The notes below the pieces were generated by a model. It did not search any database, was not told the DNA's origin, and saw nothing but the letters and a program-made list of their open reading frames with translations. From assembly GCA_049515535.1 (NCBI GenBank), contig JBEKTZ010000017.1, positions 1-34,885 on the forward strand: a DNA stretch of 34,885 nucleotides, in the 5' to 3' direction. A program made the translations under genes and the position numbers. The DNA is from Candidatus Aminicenantales bacterium. GTDB lineage: Bacteria; Acidobacteriota; Aminicenantia; Aminicenantales; UBA4085. Positions 1 to 9,154 of this stretch are shown here, piece after piece; position 1 is the first letter of the stretch, and each line of letters begins with the position of its first letter.

Positions 1-472
1 TCAGTTTCAAGGTGCCTCTTTCCTTTTCGCCGACGATGGCATCGTAGGTGAAGAGGATGGCGAAAAGGCTGAGCACGATCTTGACGATGAAGGTCAAATC
101 GAGCGCGCCGAAGACCGAGAACACGGGGTTGCTCTCGTACTTGGAATCGACCAGGTTCGGGTCGTAAGCGATATTGACCGTGGCCACCCGGCCGACGGCT
201 TCCTCCACGCCGCTGGAGATGGCTCCCAGGACCTGGGGGGGCTTGTTGATTTTCGTCCCAAGGCCGGCCAGGGACTGATAGCTCGACTGGTTTTCCAGGT
301 TTTTCTTGTTCAGGGCCACGGCCGCGGTGAATTCCTTCTGGTCGGCCCGGAAGTTGGAAAGGCCGGTGTAAACCGAGAGGAGGATGAGGACGGCACACAG
401 CAGGAAGGTGAAGACGAACTTCGCGCTGGTGATGGTTTCCAGGATCTCTTTTTTGATGATATCTTTAAGCAT
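1..472 (-). CDS. ABC-2 type transporter permease subunit (5' part; runs off the window start)
   Basis: Manual translation from ATG at 472: MLKDIIKKEILETITSAKFVFTFLLCAVLILLSVYTG...LDLTFIVKIVLSLFAILFTYDAIVGEKERGTLKL. The IIKKE start, TM helices and D.I.GEKERGTL motif are typical of ABC-2 permeases. AAGGGG lies upstream. Not in the ORF track because it is truncated. Confidence 0.85.
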   Translation of the reverse strand, partial: MLKDIIKKEILETITSAKFVFTFLLCAVLILLSVYTGLSNFRADQKEFTAAVALNKKNLENQSSYQSLAGLGTKINKPPQVLGAISSGVEEAVGRVATVNIAYDPNLVDSKYESNPVFSVFGALDLTFIVKIVLSLFAILFTYDAIVGEKERGTLKL

Positions 473-666
473 GTTGTTCCCCTTGAATCACGATATCGGA
501 TTATTATTCTCTTTTTTCCCATGAAATTCAATGCCCCGGCCAATCGGCCGCCTCTCCAAGAATACCCATCATTTCTATACGAAAATCCGCATTGAAAGTT
601 TGCGCCCGGCTTGGGAATCCAGGTGATCCGGTTTCAAAAGGAATTCCGCTCCGGCCCCGGCTCATG

Positions 667-695
667 TATAATAGATCGCATCGTCGATATGGAGG
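667..695 (+). promoter_or_regulatory. Putative -10 box (TATAAT) and RBS (GGAGG) for the tricorn protease gene
   Basis: TATAAT at 667-672, GGAGG at 691-695, ATG at 703. No convincing -35. Confidence 0.5.
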
Positions 696-702
696 CAAAA
701 AC

Positions 703-3700
703 ATGAAAAAATCCGTAACCGCCGTTTTTTTGCTGGCCTTTCTCGCGACCATCGGTTTCGCCCTCGAAGAAGGCCGGTTCTTCACATATCCGACCATCCA
801 CGGCGACAAGATCGCCTTCACGTACGAAGCCGACCTCTGGGTCGTCAACGCCCAGGGCGGAACGGCCATGCGCCTGACGACGTACCCCGGCACGGAGTCC
901 TTCGCCAAGTTCTCGCCCGACGGGAAATGGATCGCTTTCACCGCGGCTTACGACGGGGCCCAGGCCGTCTATCTCATGCCGGCCGAAGGCGGCGCGCCGA
1001 CTCGCTTGACTTACCACCCGGGGGGAGCCCAAGTCATCGCTTGGACCCCGGACGGAACGGAAGTGATCTTCCGCTCGATGTTCGAGAACATCGTCGGCCG
1101 CGACCCCAACCTTTTTTCCGTGAGCGTCAAAGGCGGCGCTCCGCAGCGGCTCTCGCTCGACCGGGGCGGACTGATCAGCTTCATTCCCGAGGAGCACAAG
1201 TTTCTCTACACCCGCAAGGGGAACGAGGAATATTACTGGAAACGCTATAAGGGCGGACAGTACCAGGACATCTGGATGTACGATTTCAACACCGGGAAAT
1301 ACACGCCCGTCTCGGACTACGTCGGCAAGAACAGCTATCCGATGTGGATCGGCGGGCTGATGGTTTTCGTCTCCGACCGCGGCAACGGCATTTCTAATCT
1401 CTATGCTCAGAAGCTCGCCTCGAAGGAAGTCAAACCGGTCACGAACTACGGCGACTTCGATGTCATGTATCCGAACACGGACGGCCGCTCGATCGTCTAC
1501 GTTCAAGACGGCCGCATTCATATCTACGACGCCAAGACCGGCCAGGACCGGAAAATCGCCGTGCAGGTGCCCTCGGACCGCTGGGCCCTGCGCAATAAGG
1601 TCATCAACCCGCGCGACTACATCCATACTGTCAACGTCGCCGCCGACGGAAAGCTCGTCATCCTCGAAGCGCGCGGCGATGTCTTCCGCGTCCCCACCGG
1701 CCGCGAGCCCGCCGAGAACCTGTCCAACACGCCCGGCACGCGTGAAATGTACCCCGCCCTCTCGCCCGACGGCAAGACGATCGCTTTCTTCAGCGACCAA
1801 ACGGGCGACTACCAGCTCTACACCCAGAGCGTCACGGGCGGTGAATGGACCGCGATGACCACCGAACTGGACAAGGCCGTCTATCGTTTGTCTTGGTCCC
1901 CCGACGGAAAGAAGATCCTCTTCGGCAACAAGGACTACTCGATTTTCTTCGTCGACGTCGCCACCAAGAAGCTGGTCAAGGTCGACTCCTCCAATCAGAT
2001 GAAAAACGACGAGTTCATCTGGGAAATGGCCGACTACACGTGGTCCCCGGATTCCAAATGGATCGCCTACAGCTTCGTCCAGTACAACCGCAACAGCCAG
2101 ATCTTCGTTTACAACCTCGAGATGGGGAGGAAATTCGCCGTGACGAACGACTTCTACGACAACCTCTATCCCGCTTTCGACGCCAACGGCAAGTTTCTCT
2201 ACTATGTTTCCAGCCGCAACTTCGACGTCCAAATGGATTTTTATGAGGACAACCACGTCCTGGCCACGCCCCAGCAGGTGATGGTCGTCCAGCTCCGCGA
2301 CGGCGAGAAACCTCCTTTCGCCGCGGACGGCGGGACAAAGGTCGACAAAAAAGCCGAGCCCGAGCCGTTCCGCATCGACATCGACGGACTCATGAAACGA
2401 ACGTATCCCCTGCCCGTCCCCGCCGGAAACGACTTTTACCTCAAGGCCGGCAAGGGCAAGGTCCTGTGGGTCTCCGTGGAAACATTCACGGAAAACGAAT
2501 ACGAGGAAATCTTCAGGCCCAAGTACATGACGGCGAAGTGGAACCTTCATATCTACGACATCGCCGAACGACGCGACAGCGTCCTCAACGACAAAATCAG
2601 CGACTTCGGCGTCTCGAACGACGGCGAGCAGCTCATCATCCGCAAGGACAATGATATCTACACGACCGGCGTCGACAAGGCATTCGGCTCAAAGGCCGTC
2701 GGCGACCGCTTGAACCTCTCCGGCCTGGTTTACACGGTCGATACGCAAAAGGAATGGAACCAGATCTTCAACGACGCCTGGCGCTGGTACCGCGACTTTT
2801 TTTACGATAACAACTTCCACGGCCGCGACTGGAAAGCCATGGGCGAGAAGTACCGGGCATACATCCCTTATCTCTCCTCGCGCGCCGAGCTGAACTGGGT
2901 CCTGTCCCAGATGGTGGGCGAGCTGTGCGTCTCGCACACCTACATCGGCGGCGGGGACTTCGGCCCGGCCGCAGCGCCCGGATCGCCGCTATTCACCGGC
3001 CTGCTCGGCGCCGACCTGGCCGCCGATAAAACCTCCGGCCTCTACAAGCTGGACAAAATCTACGGCCCGACCGAAATCAATCTCAATCTGGTCGGCCCGC
3101 TCGTCCGGCCAGATATCGCGGTCAAGGAGGGCGACTATCTCCTGGCCGTCAACGGAATCTCCCTTAAGGCCGGCGACGACTACTTCAAGCTCCTCCAAAC
3201 CACGGCCGGCAGGAAGATCAAAATCACAGTCAACGGCAAGCCGACCATGGAGGGGGCCAAGACCTACGAAATCGACCCCATTCGCAGCGACAACCAGCTT
3301 CGGTATTTCCGCTGGATCCAGAACAATATCCGGGCGATCGAGAAAGCCACCAACGGCCGCGTCGGCTACATGCACGTCAACGCCATGAACTCGGGCGGCA
3401 TCGGCGAGTTCGACAAGTACTGGCGCGCCTACCGCTACAAGGACGGGTTGATCATCGACATGCGCCGCAACAGCGGCGGCTGGACGGAGTACTTCCTCAT
3501 CGACAAGCTCGAACGGGTGATAACGGCGCAGAACGTCCTTCGCGGCATGGTCCCCTTCCGATACCCCGGCTCGACCGGCAACGGCAACTACGTCGTCATT
3601 TCCAACGAGAACAACGGCTCGGACGGCGAGGCCTTCGTCGAGGATTTCAAGGCCCGCAAGCTGGGGACGGTCGTCGGCGTCACGTCCTGGGGAGGGCTCG

Positions 3701-3954
3701 TCGGCATCCTCAACCAGCAGCTGACGATCGACAACGGGACCGTCGAACAATCGAACAACGCCTTCTACGGCCGCGACCAAAAGTGGATCGTCGAGAACCA
3801 CGGCGCCGACCCGGACATCTTCATCGACAACGATCCGGGCTCGGTCATGGCCGGACGCGACCTCCAACTGGAGAAGGCCATCGAGGTCATGCTGGAGAAG
3901 ATCAAGAAGAACCCGGCGACGTTCCCGCCGGCGCCGGCGTATCCGAAGAAGTGA
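703..3954 (+). CDS. Tricorn-like S41 family protease with signal peptide (beta-propellers, PDZ, C-terminal protease domain)
   Basis: Start moved to ATG 703 (RBS GGAGG; MKKSVTAVFLLAFLATIGFA signal peptide). Repeated SPDGK/WSPD propeller motifs, ELCVSHTY (catalytic His), GSDGE (catalytic Ser), SWGG, and ENHGADPDI...D.QLEKAI. Confidence 0.93.
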   Translation: MKKSVTAVFLLAFLATIGFALEEGRFFTYPTIHGDKIAFTYEADLWVVNAQGGTAMRLTTYPGTESFAKFSPDGKWIAFTAAYDGAQAVYLMPAEGGAPTRLTYHPGGAQVIAWTPDGTEVIFRSMFENIVGRDPNLFSVSVKGGAPQRLSLDRGGLISFIPEEHKFLYTRKGNEEYYWKRYKGGQYQDIWMYDFNTGKYTPVSDYVGKNSYPMWIGGLMVFVSDRGNGISNLYAQKLASKEVKPVTNYGDFDVMYPNTDGRSIVYVQDGRIHIYDAKTGQDRKIAVQVPSDRWALRNKVINPRDYIHTVNVAADGKLVILEARGDVFRVPTGREPAENLSNTPGTREMYPALSPDGKTIAFFSDQTGDYQLYTQSVTGGEWTAMTTELDKAVYRLSWSPDGKKILFGNKDYSIFFVDVATKKLVKVDSSNQMKNDEFIWEMADYTWSPDSKWIAYSFVQYNRNSQIFVYNLEMGRKFAVTNDFYDNLYPAFDANGKFLYYVSSRNFDVQMDFYEDNHVLATPQQVMVVQLRDGEKPPFAADGGTKVDKKAEPEPFRIDIDGLMKRTYPLPVPAGNDFYLKAGKGKVLWVSVETFTENEYEEIFRPKYMTAKWNLHIYDIAERRDSVLNDKISDFGVSNDGEQLIIRKDNDIYTTGVDKAFGSKAVGDRLNLSGLVYTVDTQKEWNQIFNDAWRWYRDFFYDNNFHGRDWKAMGEKYRAYIPYLSSRAELNWVLSQMVGELCVSHTYIGGGDFGPAAAPGSPLFTGLLGADLAADKTSGLYKLDKIYGPTEINLNLVGPLVRPDIAVKEGDYLLAVNGISLKAGDDYFKLLQTTAGRKIKITVNGKPTMEGAKTYEIDPIRSDNQLRYFRWIQNNIRAIEKATNGRVGYMHVNAMNSGGIGEFDKYWRAYRYKDGLIIDMRRNSGGWTEYFLIDKLERVITAQNVLRGMVPFRYPGSTGNGNYVVISNENNGSDGEAFVEDFKARKLGTVVGVTSWGGLVGILNQQLTIDNGTVEQSNNAFYGRDQKWIVENHGADPDIFIDNDPGSVMAGRDLQLEKAIEVMLEKIKKNPATFPPAPAYPKK

Positions 3955-5340
3955 TCATTTGATTTCTTCGAGCCGCGCCGTGAAGTGGCGCAGATGGGGC
4001 GGCTGCTCGACGATCCGGAAGCCCTTGATCGCGTCTCTCTTGCCATAAAGCGAGATGAGGGCGTCGGCCACGACGTCGAGGTGGGAGGCGGTATAGACGC
4101 GGCGCGGAATCGCCAGGCGGACCATCTCCAGTCGGGGAAAAACTTCCTGTCCGGTCCTTGGATCTTTCTTGCCGAACATGACCCCCCCGATCTCTACCGC
4201 GCGGATGCCGGCTTCCCGGTAGAGGGCCACGGACAGGGCCCAGCCGGGGTATTGACGGCGCGGAATGTGGGGAAGAAATCGATCGGCGAGAAGATAGACG
4301 GCGTGGCCGCCGATGGGCTTGAAAACCGGGATTCCGGCTTCCTCCAGAAGCCGGCCGAGATAGGCCACATGGCTCGTCCTGTGCTCGAGATAGGCTTCGT
4401 CCACGCCCTCTTCCAGGCCGCGGGCGATGGCCTCGAGGTCGCGCCCGGCGAGTCCGCCGTACGTCGGAAATCCCTCACCGATGATGAGAATGTTTTTCAA
4501 GCGCGCGGCGAGCGCGCCGTCGTTGAGGCAGATGAAGCCGCCGATATTGACCAGGGCGTCCTTCTTGGCGCTCATCGTCACGCCGTCGGCATAAGAGAAC
4601 ATCTCCCGGGCGATGGCAAGAACGGATTTCCGCTCGTATCCTTTTTCCCGTTTCTTGATGAAATACGCGTTTTCGGCGAAACGACAGGCGTCGAAGAAGA
4701 ACGGAATCTTGTGTCGACGGCAAACGGCGCTGACCTTTTTGATGTTGTCCAAAGAGACCGGCTGCCCCCCGCCGCTGTTGTTGGTGATGGTCGTCATCAC
4801 CAGCGGGATCCCGGCCTTCCCTTTGGTCTTGATGAAACGCTCGAGCTTCCCGATGTCCATATTGCCCTTGAACGGAGCGTTCAAAACCGGGTCATAGGCC
4901 TCATCGACGACGAGGTTGACGGCTTTCGCGCCGCGGATCTCGATGTTGGCCTGGGTCGTGTCGAAGTGGATGTTGTTGGGGACGGCGTCCCCTTTCTTCA
5001 CCAGCCCTTCGAACAAGATGCGCTCCGCCGCCCGTCCCTGGTGCGTGGGAAGGACATGGGCAAAGCCGAAGATATTTTTGACCGCCTTCTCAAAATGGAA
5101 AAAGCTCCTTGCCCCGGCATAGGATTCGTCTCCGATCATGATGCCGGACCACTGGTTGTCGCTCATGGCCGAGGTCCCGGAATCGGTCAGGAGGTCGATG
5201 AAGACCTTATCGGCAGGGATGTTGAAAAGGTTGTATCCCGCTTTTTTGAGCGCGGCTTCCCTCTCCCGTCGGAAGGTTTTGCTGATCCGCTCGACGACTT
5301 TGATCCGAAAAGGCTCCACCGGGGGTTTGATTGCGGGCAT
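3955..5340 (-). CDS. tnaA: Tryptophanase (tryptophan indole-lyase, PLP-dependent)
   Basis: DLLTDSGT, GDESYAG, HQGRAAE, MSAKKD (PLP lysine), RLAIPRRVYT. GIRAVEIG and LRHFTAR match tryptophanase rather than tyrosine phenol-lyase (SMERG / LRFFTAR). Confidence 0.88.
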   Translation of the reverse strand: MPAIKPPVEPFRIKVVERISKTFRREREAALKKAGYNLFNIPADKVFIDLLTDSGTSAMSDNQWSGIMIGDESYAGARSFFHFEKAVKNIFGFAHVLPTHQGRAAERILFEGLVKKGDAVPNNIHFDTTQANIEIRGAKAVNLVVDEAYDPVLNAPFKGNMDIGKLERFIKTKGKAGIPLVMTTITNNSGGGQPVSLDNIKKVSAVCRRHKIPFFFDACRFAENAYFIKKREKGYERKSVLAIAREMFSYADGVTMSAKKDALVNIGGFICLNDGALAARLKNILIIGEGFPTYGGLAGRDLEAIARGLEEGVDEAYLEHRTSHVAYLGRLLEEAGIPVFKPIGGHAVYLLADRFLPHIPRRQYPGWALSVALYREAGIRAVEIGGVMFGKKDPRTGQEVFPRLEMVRLAIPRRVYTASHLDVVADALISLYGKRDAIKGFRIVEQPPHLRHFTARLEEIK

Positions 5341-5356
5341 GGCTCACTCCTTGATT

Positions 5357-6259
5357 TTAAAAAGCGACCAGTTTCTTGAATAACTCGAAGCGGGTTCGAA
5401 TGTCCCGCGGTTTGAGCGTTTTAAAACGTTTGATGCCGAATCCTTCGATGGCGAACGAGGCCATGACGCTGCCGTACACCGCGGCCCGCCGGATCTCCTT
5501 CTTGCTGAAACCGCCCATCTTGTCCAAATAGCCCAGAAAGCCGCCGGCGAAGCTGTCGCCCGCTCCCGTGGGGTCAATGACCTTCTCGCACGGATGGGCC
5601 AGGATGCCGAAGATGAAGTCCCGGCCAAAGACGAGAGCCCCATGCTCCCCTTTCTTGAGGACGACGAGCGACGGCCCCAGGCCGAGGATCTTCTTGCCCG
5701 CCTTGATGAGATTTCGTTCCCCCGTCACCATCCGGATCTCCTCGTCGTTGGCGAAAAAGATGTTCACGTTTTCCAGAACGCGGAGGAGCGCTTCGCGCTT
5801 GCTGTCAATCCACAGGCTGATCGTATCCATGGCCACGAGCTTGGGTTTTTCCACTTGGAGAAAGATATTTTCCTGGAGGTCCGGGTCGATGTTGGCCAGA
5901 AAGAGGATGTCGGCCTTTTTATAGGAGGCCGGGATTTCGGGCCGGAAATTCTCGAAAACATTCAGATCCGTGCGCACGGTTTCGCGCTGGTTGGGATCGT
6001 GGCCGTAGCGGCCCTGCCAATGGAAGGTCAGGCCGCCCTTGACGACCTTCAATCCCCGGAGGTCGATCTTCCTTTTTTTCAAAAAGCCGATCGTGGCGCG
6101 CGGAAAATCCTGGCCCACGACGGCCACGATCTTGGGCCGGGTAAAATAGCTGGCCGCGAGCGAACAGTACGTGCCGGAGCCGCCGACGATCTTGACTTTC
6201 CGCTCCCAGGGCGTTTCGATGGTGTCAAAAGCGACGGAGCCGACGATGACGAGACTCAT
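5357..6259 (-). CDS. PfkB/ribokinase-family kinase
   Basis: VGSVAFD N-terminus, GGSG, N..E motif (ANDEE), KKGEHGA, DPTGAGDSFAGG anion-hole motif. Confidence 0.92.
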   Translation of the reverse strand: MSLVIVGSVAFDTIETPWERKVKIVGGSGTYCSLAASYFTRPKIVAVVGQDFPRATIGFLKKRKIDLRGLKVVKGGLTFHWQGRYGHDPNQRETVRTDLNVFENFRPEIPASYKKADILFLANIDPDLQENIFLQVEKPKLVAMDTISLWIDSKREALLRVLENVNIFFANDEEIRMVTGERNLIKAGKKILGLGPSLVVLKKGEHGALVFGRDFIFGILAHPCEKVIDPTGAGDSFAGGFLGYLDKMGGFSKKEIRRAAVYGSVMASFAIEGFGIKRFKTLKPRDIRTRFELFKKLVAF

Positions 6260-6270
6260 GACGATTCCTT

Positions 6271-7185
6271 TTATTTGACGTATTTTTCGATGATCAGCTT
6301 CAATCTCTTTTTAAGGGGGGCCGGAACGAACTTCGGATTCGTGACGATCGTGTTCTTGAGCGCGGCCTGGCAGTCGCAAGCGCCCTCGGCGTGGGGCGGC
6401 AGCGTCGCCACGGCTTTCTTGATAATGGCTTGGGCGTTGTGGACGTTGAGCCGCAGATTCTCCAGAATGAGCTCGACGGAAACCGTCTCTTCTTCCGCGT
6501 GCCAGACGTCATAGTCGGTCGCCAGGTTCATCGTCGCGTAGCAGATTTCGGCCTCGCGGAAGAGCTTGGCCTCGGTGGCGGCGGTCATGCCGATGACATC
6601 GCAGCCCCACGATCGGTAGATCCTCGATTCGGCCTGGCTCGAAAACGCCGGACCCTCGATCGAGATATAGGTCCCGCCGAGATGGGCGCGGACGCCCAGG
6701 CCGACGGCGGTCTCGTACAGGAACTTTGAAAACGCGGCGCAGACGGGCTGAGCGAATCCGATATGGGCCGCGATCCCTCCGCCGAAAAACGTATTCACCC
6801 GCCGCGACCGGTCATAGAACTGGTCGGAGAAGACGATGTCGCGGGGCCGGATCGCTTCCTTGAGCGAGCCGCACGAATTGACGGAGATGATCTTTTCGAC
6901 CCCGAGCATCTTGAACCCGAGAACATTGGCCCGGAAATTGATATCTTGCGGGAGAAGGCGGTGACCGCGGCCGTGACGGCTGAGGAAGGCGACCTCCCGG
7001 CCTTCGAGAGTCCCGACGATATAGGTGTCGGACGGATCGCCGAACGAAGTCCGCAACCGCCATTCCTTGACGTCTCTGATGCCGTCGATCTCGTAGAGCC
7101 CCGTCCCTCCGAGAATTCCGATATCGACATGAGGGAGTTTCGATTCTTTCTTTTGGAGCTTTTTAACCGGTTTTGTCGCAGCCAT
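6271..7185 (-). CDS. mtnP: S-methyl-5'-thioadenosine phosphorylase
   Basis: IGILGGTG, RHGRGH, GSL, EGPAFSSQAES, IGMT...EAKL.REAEICY, TDYD substrate motif. RBS GAGGAGG upstream. Confidence 0.9.
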   Translation of the reverse strand: MAATKPVKKLQKKESKLPHVDIGILGGTGLYEIDGIRDVKEWRLRTSFGDPSDTYIVGTLEGREVAFLSRHGRGHRLLPQDINFRANVLGFKMLGVEKIISVNSCGSLKEAIRPRDIVFSDQFYDRSRRVNTFFGGGIAAHIGFAQPVCAAFSKFLYETAVGLGVRAHLGGTYISIEGPAFSSQAESRIYRSWGCDVIGMTAATEAKLFREAEICYATMNLATDYDVWHAEEETVSVELILENLRLNVHNAQAIIKKAVATLPPHAEGACDCQAALKNTIVTNPKFVPAPLKKRLKLIIEKYVK

Positions 7186-7315
7186 GCATCCTCCTCGAAT
7201 AAGTTATTGATATATAATTTCTGCCTGGCCAAGTCAAGGCGGGTTTGGGCTAACCGTAAGCTGGACTACGGTCAGCCGAACCTGAATTTGGCCACTACAA
7301 TAATCGAAGATATTA

Positions 7316-7324
7316 TGCTATTGT
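7316..7324 (+). promoter_or_regulatory. Putative extended -10 promoter for larC-folE-metG
   Basis: TG-c-TATTGT in an AT-rich patch upstream of larC. Confidence 0.4.
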
Positions 7325-7365
7325 ATTCAGACGAGTTAAGAGCCATGGCGAAAGGACCCGTCGAG

Positions 7366-8550
7366 ATGAAATACATTTACTTCGACGCCAAAACCGGATT
7401 GAGCGGCGACATGATCCTGGGCGCTCTGCTCGATCTCGGGATTGCGCCGGCCCGTTTCAAAGCCAAGATGGCCGGGCTCAAACTCCCTGTCCGCATCGCT
7501 ATCAAGGAAACCGAGCGATCTCATTTCCGAGGGCTTAAAGTCGATATCCGGATCAAAGAGCGCGCTTCGCAGGCGCGGAAATGGAAGGACATCGCCGCGA
7601 TCATCGGGAAATCGAATTTTTCCGCCGGCGTCAAAGAGCGGGCGATGGCCATATTCAAAAACCTTTTCACGGCCGAGGCCAAGGTCCACGGCCGTCCATT
7701 CGAGGAGACCCACCTTCACGAAGCCAGCGCCGATGACGCCCTCATCGACGTCCTGGGCTGTTCCTGGCTCTTGGAAGAATTGCGTGTCGGCGAATGCTAC
7801 AGCTCTCCGCTCAACGTCGGAGAAGGCTGGGTCAAAGCCTCTCACGGCGTCCTGCCCGTTCCTCCTCCGGCCGTCGCCGAGCTTCTCAAGGGAATTCCCG
7901 TCTATTCCGCCCACGCCCAAACGGAGCTCGTCACGCCGACCGGGGCGGCGATCGTCAAAACTCTCGTCAAGAAATTCATTCCTTTTCCCGAGCTGACGTA
8001 TGAGGGGATCGGATACGGCGCGGGAAACCGGGACATCCACGGTTTGCCCAATATTCTACGCATCTTTTACGGCGAAGCAGCCCGCTTTTCGTCCGAAAAC
8101 GAGGTCCATGTCATCGAAGCGACGATCGACGACGCCAATCCCCAAATCCTGGGGAGCTTCATGGACCTGGCCTTCGAGCTCGGCGCGCTCGATGTCAACT
8201 TCACGCCCATCGTCATGAAAAAGAACCGCCTGGCGACCCAATTGACGCTCGTGGCCGGGCGCGAAAAGATGGACGCCCTGATCGCGGCCGTGTTCAAGGA
8301 GACGAGTTCGATCGGCGTCCGCTATTATCCGGTCGAACGCCGGGCGCTGGAGCGGACGATCAAAAAGATCCGGCTGCTGGGAGAACCCGTCGGGATCAAA
8401 ATCTCGACCCTCGACGGTGAAGTCGTCAATATTCAGCCCGAATTTTCGGATTGTCTGAGCCTCGCCCGCAAAAAAGGCCTCCCCGTGAAAAACGTCCTGC
8501 GCCTGGCACTGGAGAAATTCTCGAAAAAAAGGCTGAACGAAAATGGCTAA
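7366..8550 (+). CDS. larC: Nickel pincer cofactor biosynthesis protein LarC (DUF111)
   Basis: [62 protein letters not shown]. Start set at ATG 7366 (AAGGA upstream; ATG 7345 is an alternative). The ORF-track extension to 6763 overlaps mtnP. Confidence 0.9.
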   Translation: MKYIYFDAKTGLSGDMILGALLDLGIAPARFKAKMAGLKLPVRIAIKETERSHFRGLKVDIRIKERASQARKWKDIAAIIGKSNFSAGVKERAMAIFKNLFTAEAKVHGRPFEETHLHEASADDALIDVLGCSWLLEELRVGECYSSPLNVGEGWVKASHGVLPVPPPAVAELLKGIPVYSAHAQTELVTPTGAAIVKTLVKKFIPFPELTYEGIGYGAGNRDIHGLPNILRIFYGEAARFSSENEVHVIEATIDDANPQILGSFMDLAFELGALDVNFTPIVMKKNRLATQLTLVAGREKMDALIAAVFKETSSIGVRYYPVERRALERTIKKIRLLGEPVGIKISTLDGEVVNIQPEFSDCLSLARKKGLPVKNVLRLALEKFSKKRLNENG

Positions 8551-9154
8551 GATAAAAACGACGCCCAGGGCCATGGACCTCGAAAAGATCGAAAAAGGGG
8601 TCCGCCTCATCCTGGAAGGGGTCGCGGAAGACCCCGAGCGGCCCGGGATCAAGGCGACGCCGCGGCGGGTGGCCCACATGTTCGCCGAAATCCTGGGCGG
8701 GATCATGGAGAATCCCGAAAAGCATCTCTGCGCCCTCCAGCACGAAAAGCACGACGAGATGGTTCTGATCAAGAATATTCCCTTGTATTCGATGTGCGAG
8801 CACCACATGCTGCCGTTCGCCGGCGTGGCCCACGTGGCCTATATTCCCAAGGAAGGACGAATCGTCGGGCTGAGCAAGATCGCCCGGGTCGTGGACGGCC
8901 TGTCCCGGCGGCTGCAGGTCCAGGAGCGCCTGACCAAGCAGATCGCCGATCTGATCAACGAGCACCTCCAGCCTTTGGGCGTGATGGTCGTCATCGAGGC
9001 GGAGCATATGTGCATGTCCATGCGGGGAGCCAAGAAGCCGAAGTCCATCACCGTGACCTCCGCGGTCCGGGGGTCGTTCCGCACAAACCCCATGACCCGC
9101 GCCGAAGCCATCAATCTGATCAGAGGAGGAACGCTCGGTGGCAAAGAAGTCTAA
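8543..9154 (+). CDS. folE: GTP cyclohydrolase I (type IA)
   Basis: [38 protein letters not shown]. An alternative start is at ATG 8573. Confidence 0.95.
   Translation: MAKIKTTPRAMDLEKIEKGVRLILEGVAEDPERPGIKATPRRVAHMFAEILGGIMENPEKHLCALQHEKHDEMVLIKNIPLYSMCEHHMLPFAGVAHVAYIPKEGRIVGLSKIARVVDGLSRRLQVQERLTKQIADLINEHLQPLGVMVVIEAEHMCMSMRGAKKPKSITVTSAVRGSFRTNPMTRAEAINLIRGGTLGGKEV

Noticed and set aside
486..502. Imperfect palindrome AATC-A-CGATATCG-GATT upstream of the ABC permease
   Set aside because: Short, bulged and single; cannot be told from chance.
634..2550. 638-aa antisense ORF opposite the tricorn gene (also 2989-3867 and 3985-5379)
   Set aside because: Codon-register shadows of GC-rich genes; no motifs and V/D/L/G-rich composition typical of antisense frames.
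3955..5340. Tyrosine phenol-lyase assignment
   Set aside because: Has VEIG and RHFT (tryptophanase-type) rather than MERG and RFFT.
6763..7365. 200-aa N-terminal extension of LarC in the ORF track
   Set aside because: Overlaps mtnP on the opposite strand and the promoter region; family homology starts at MKYIYFD.
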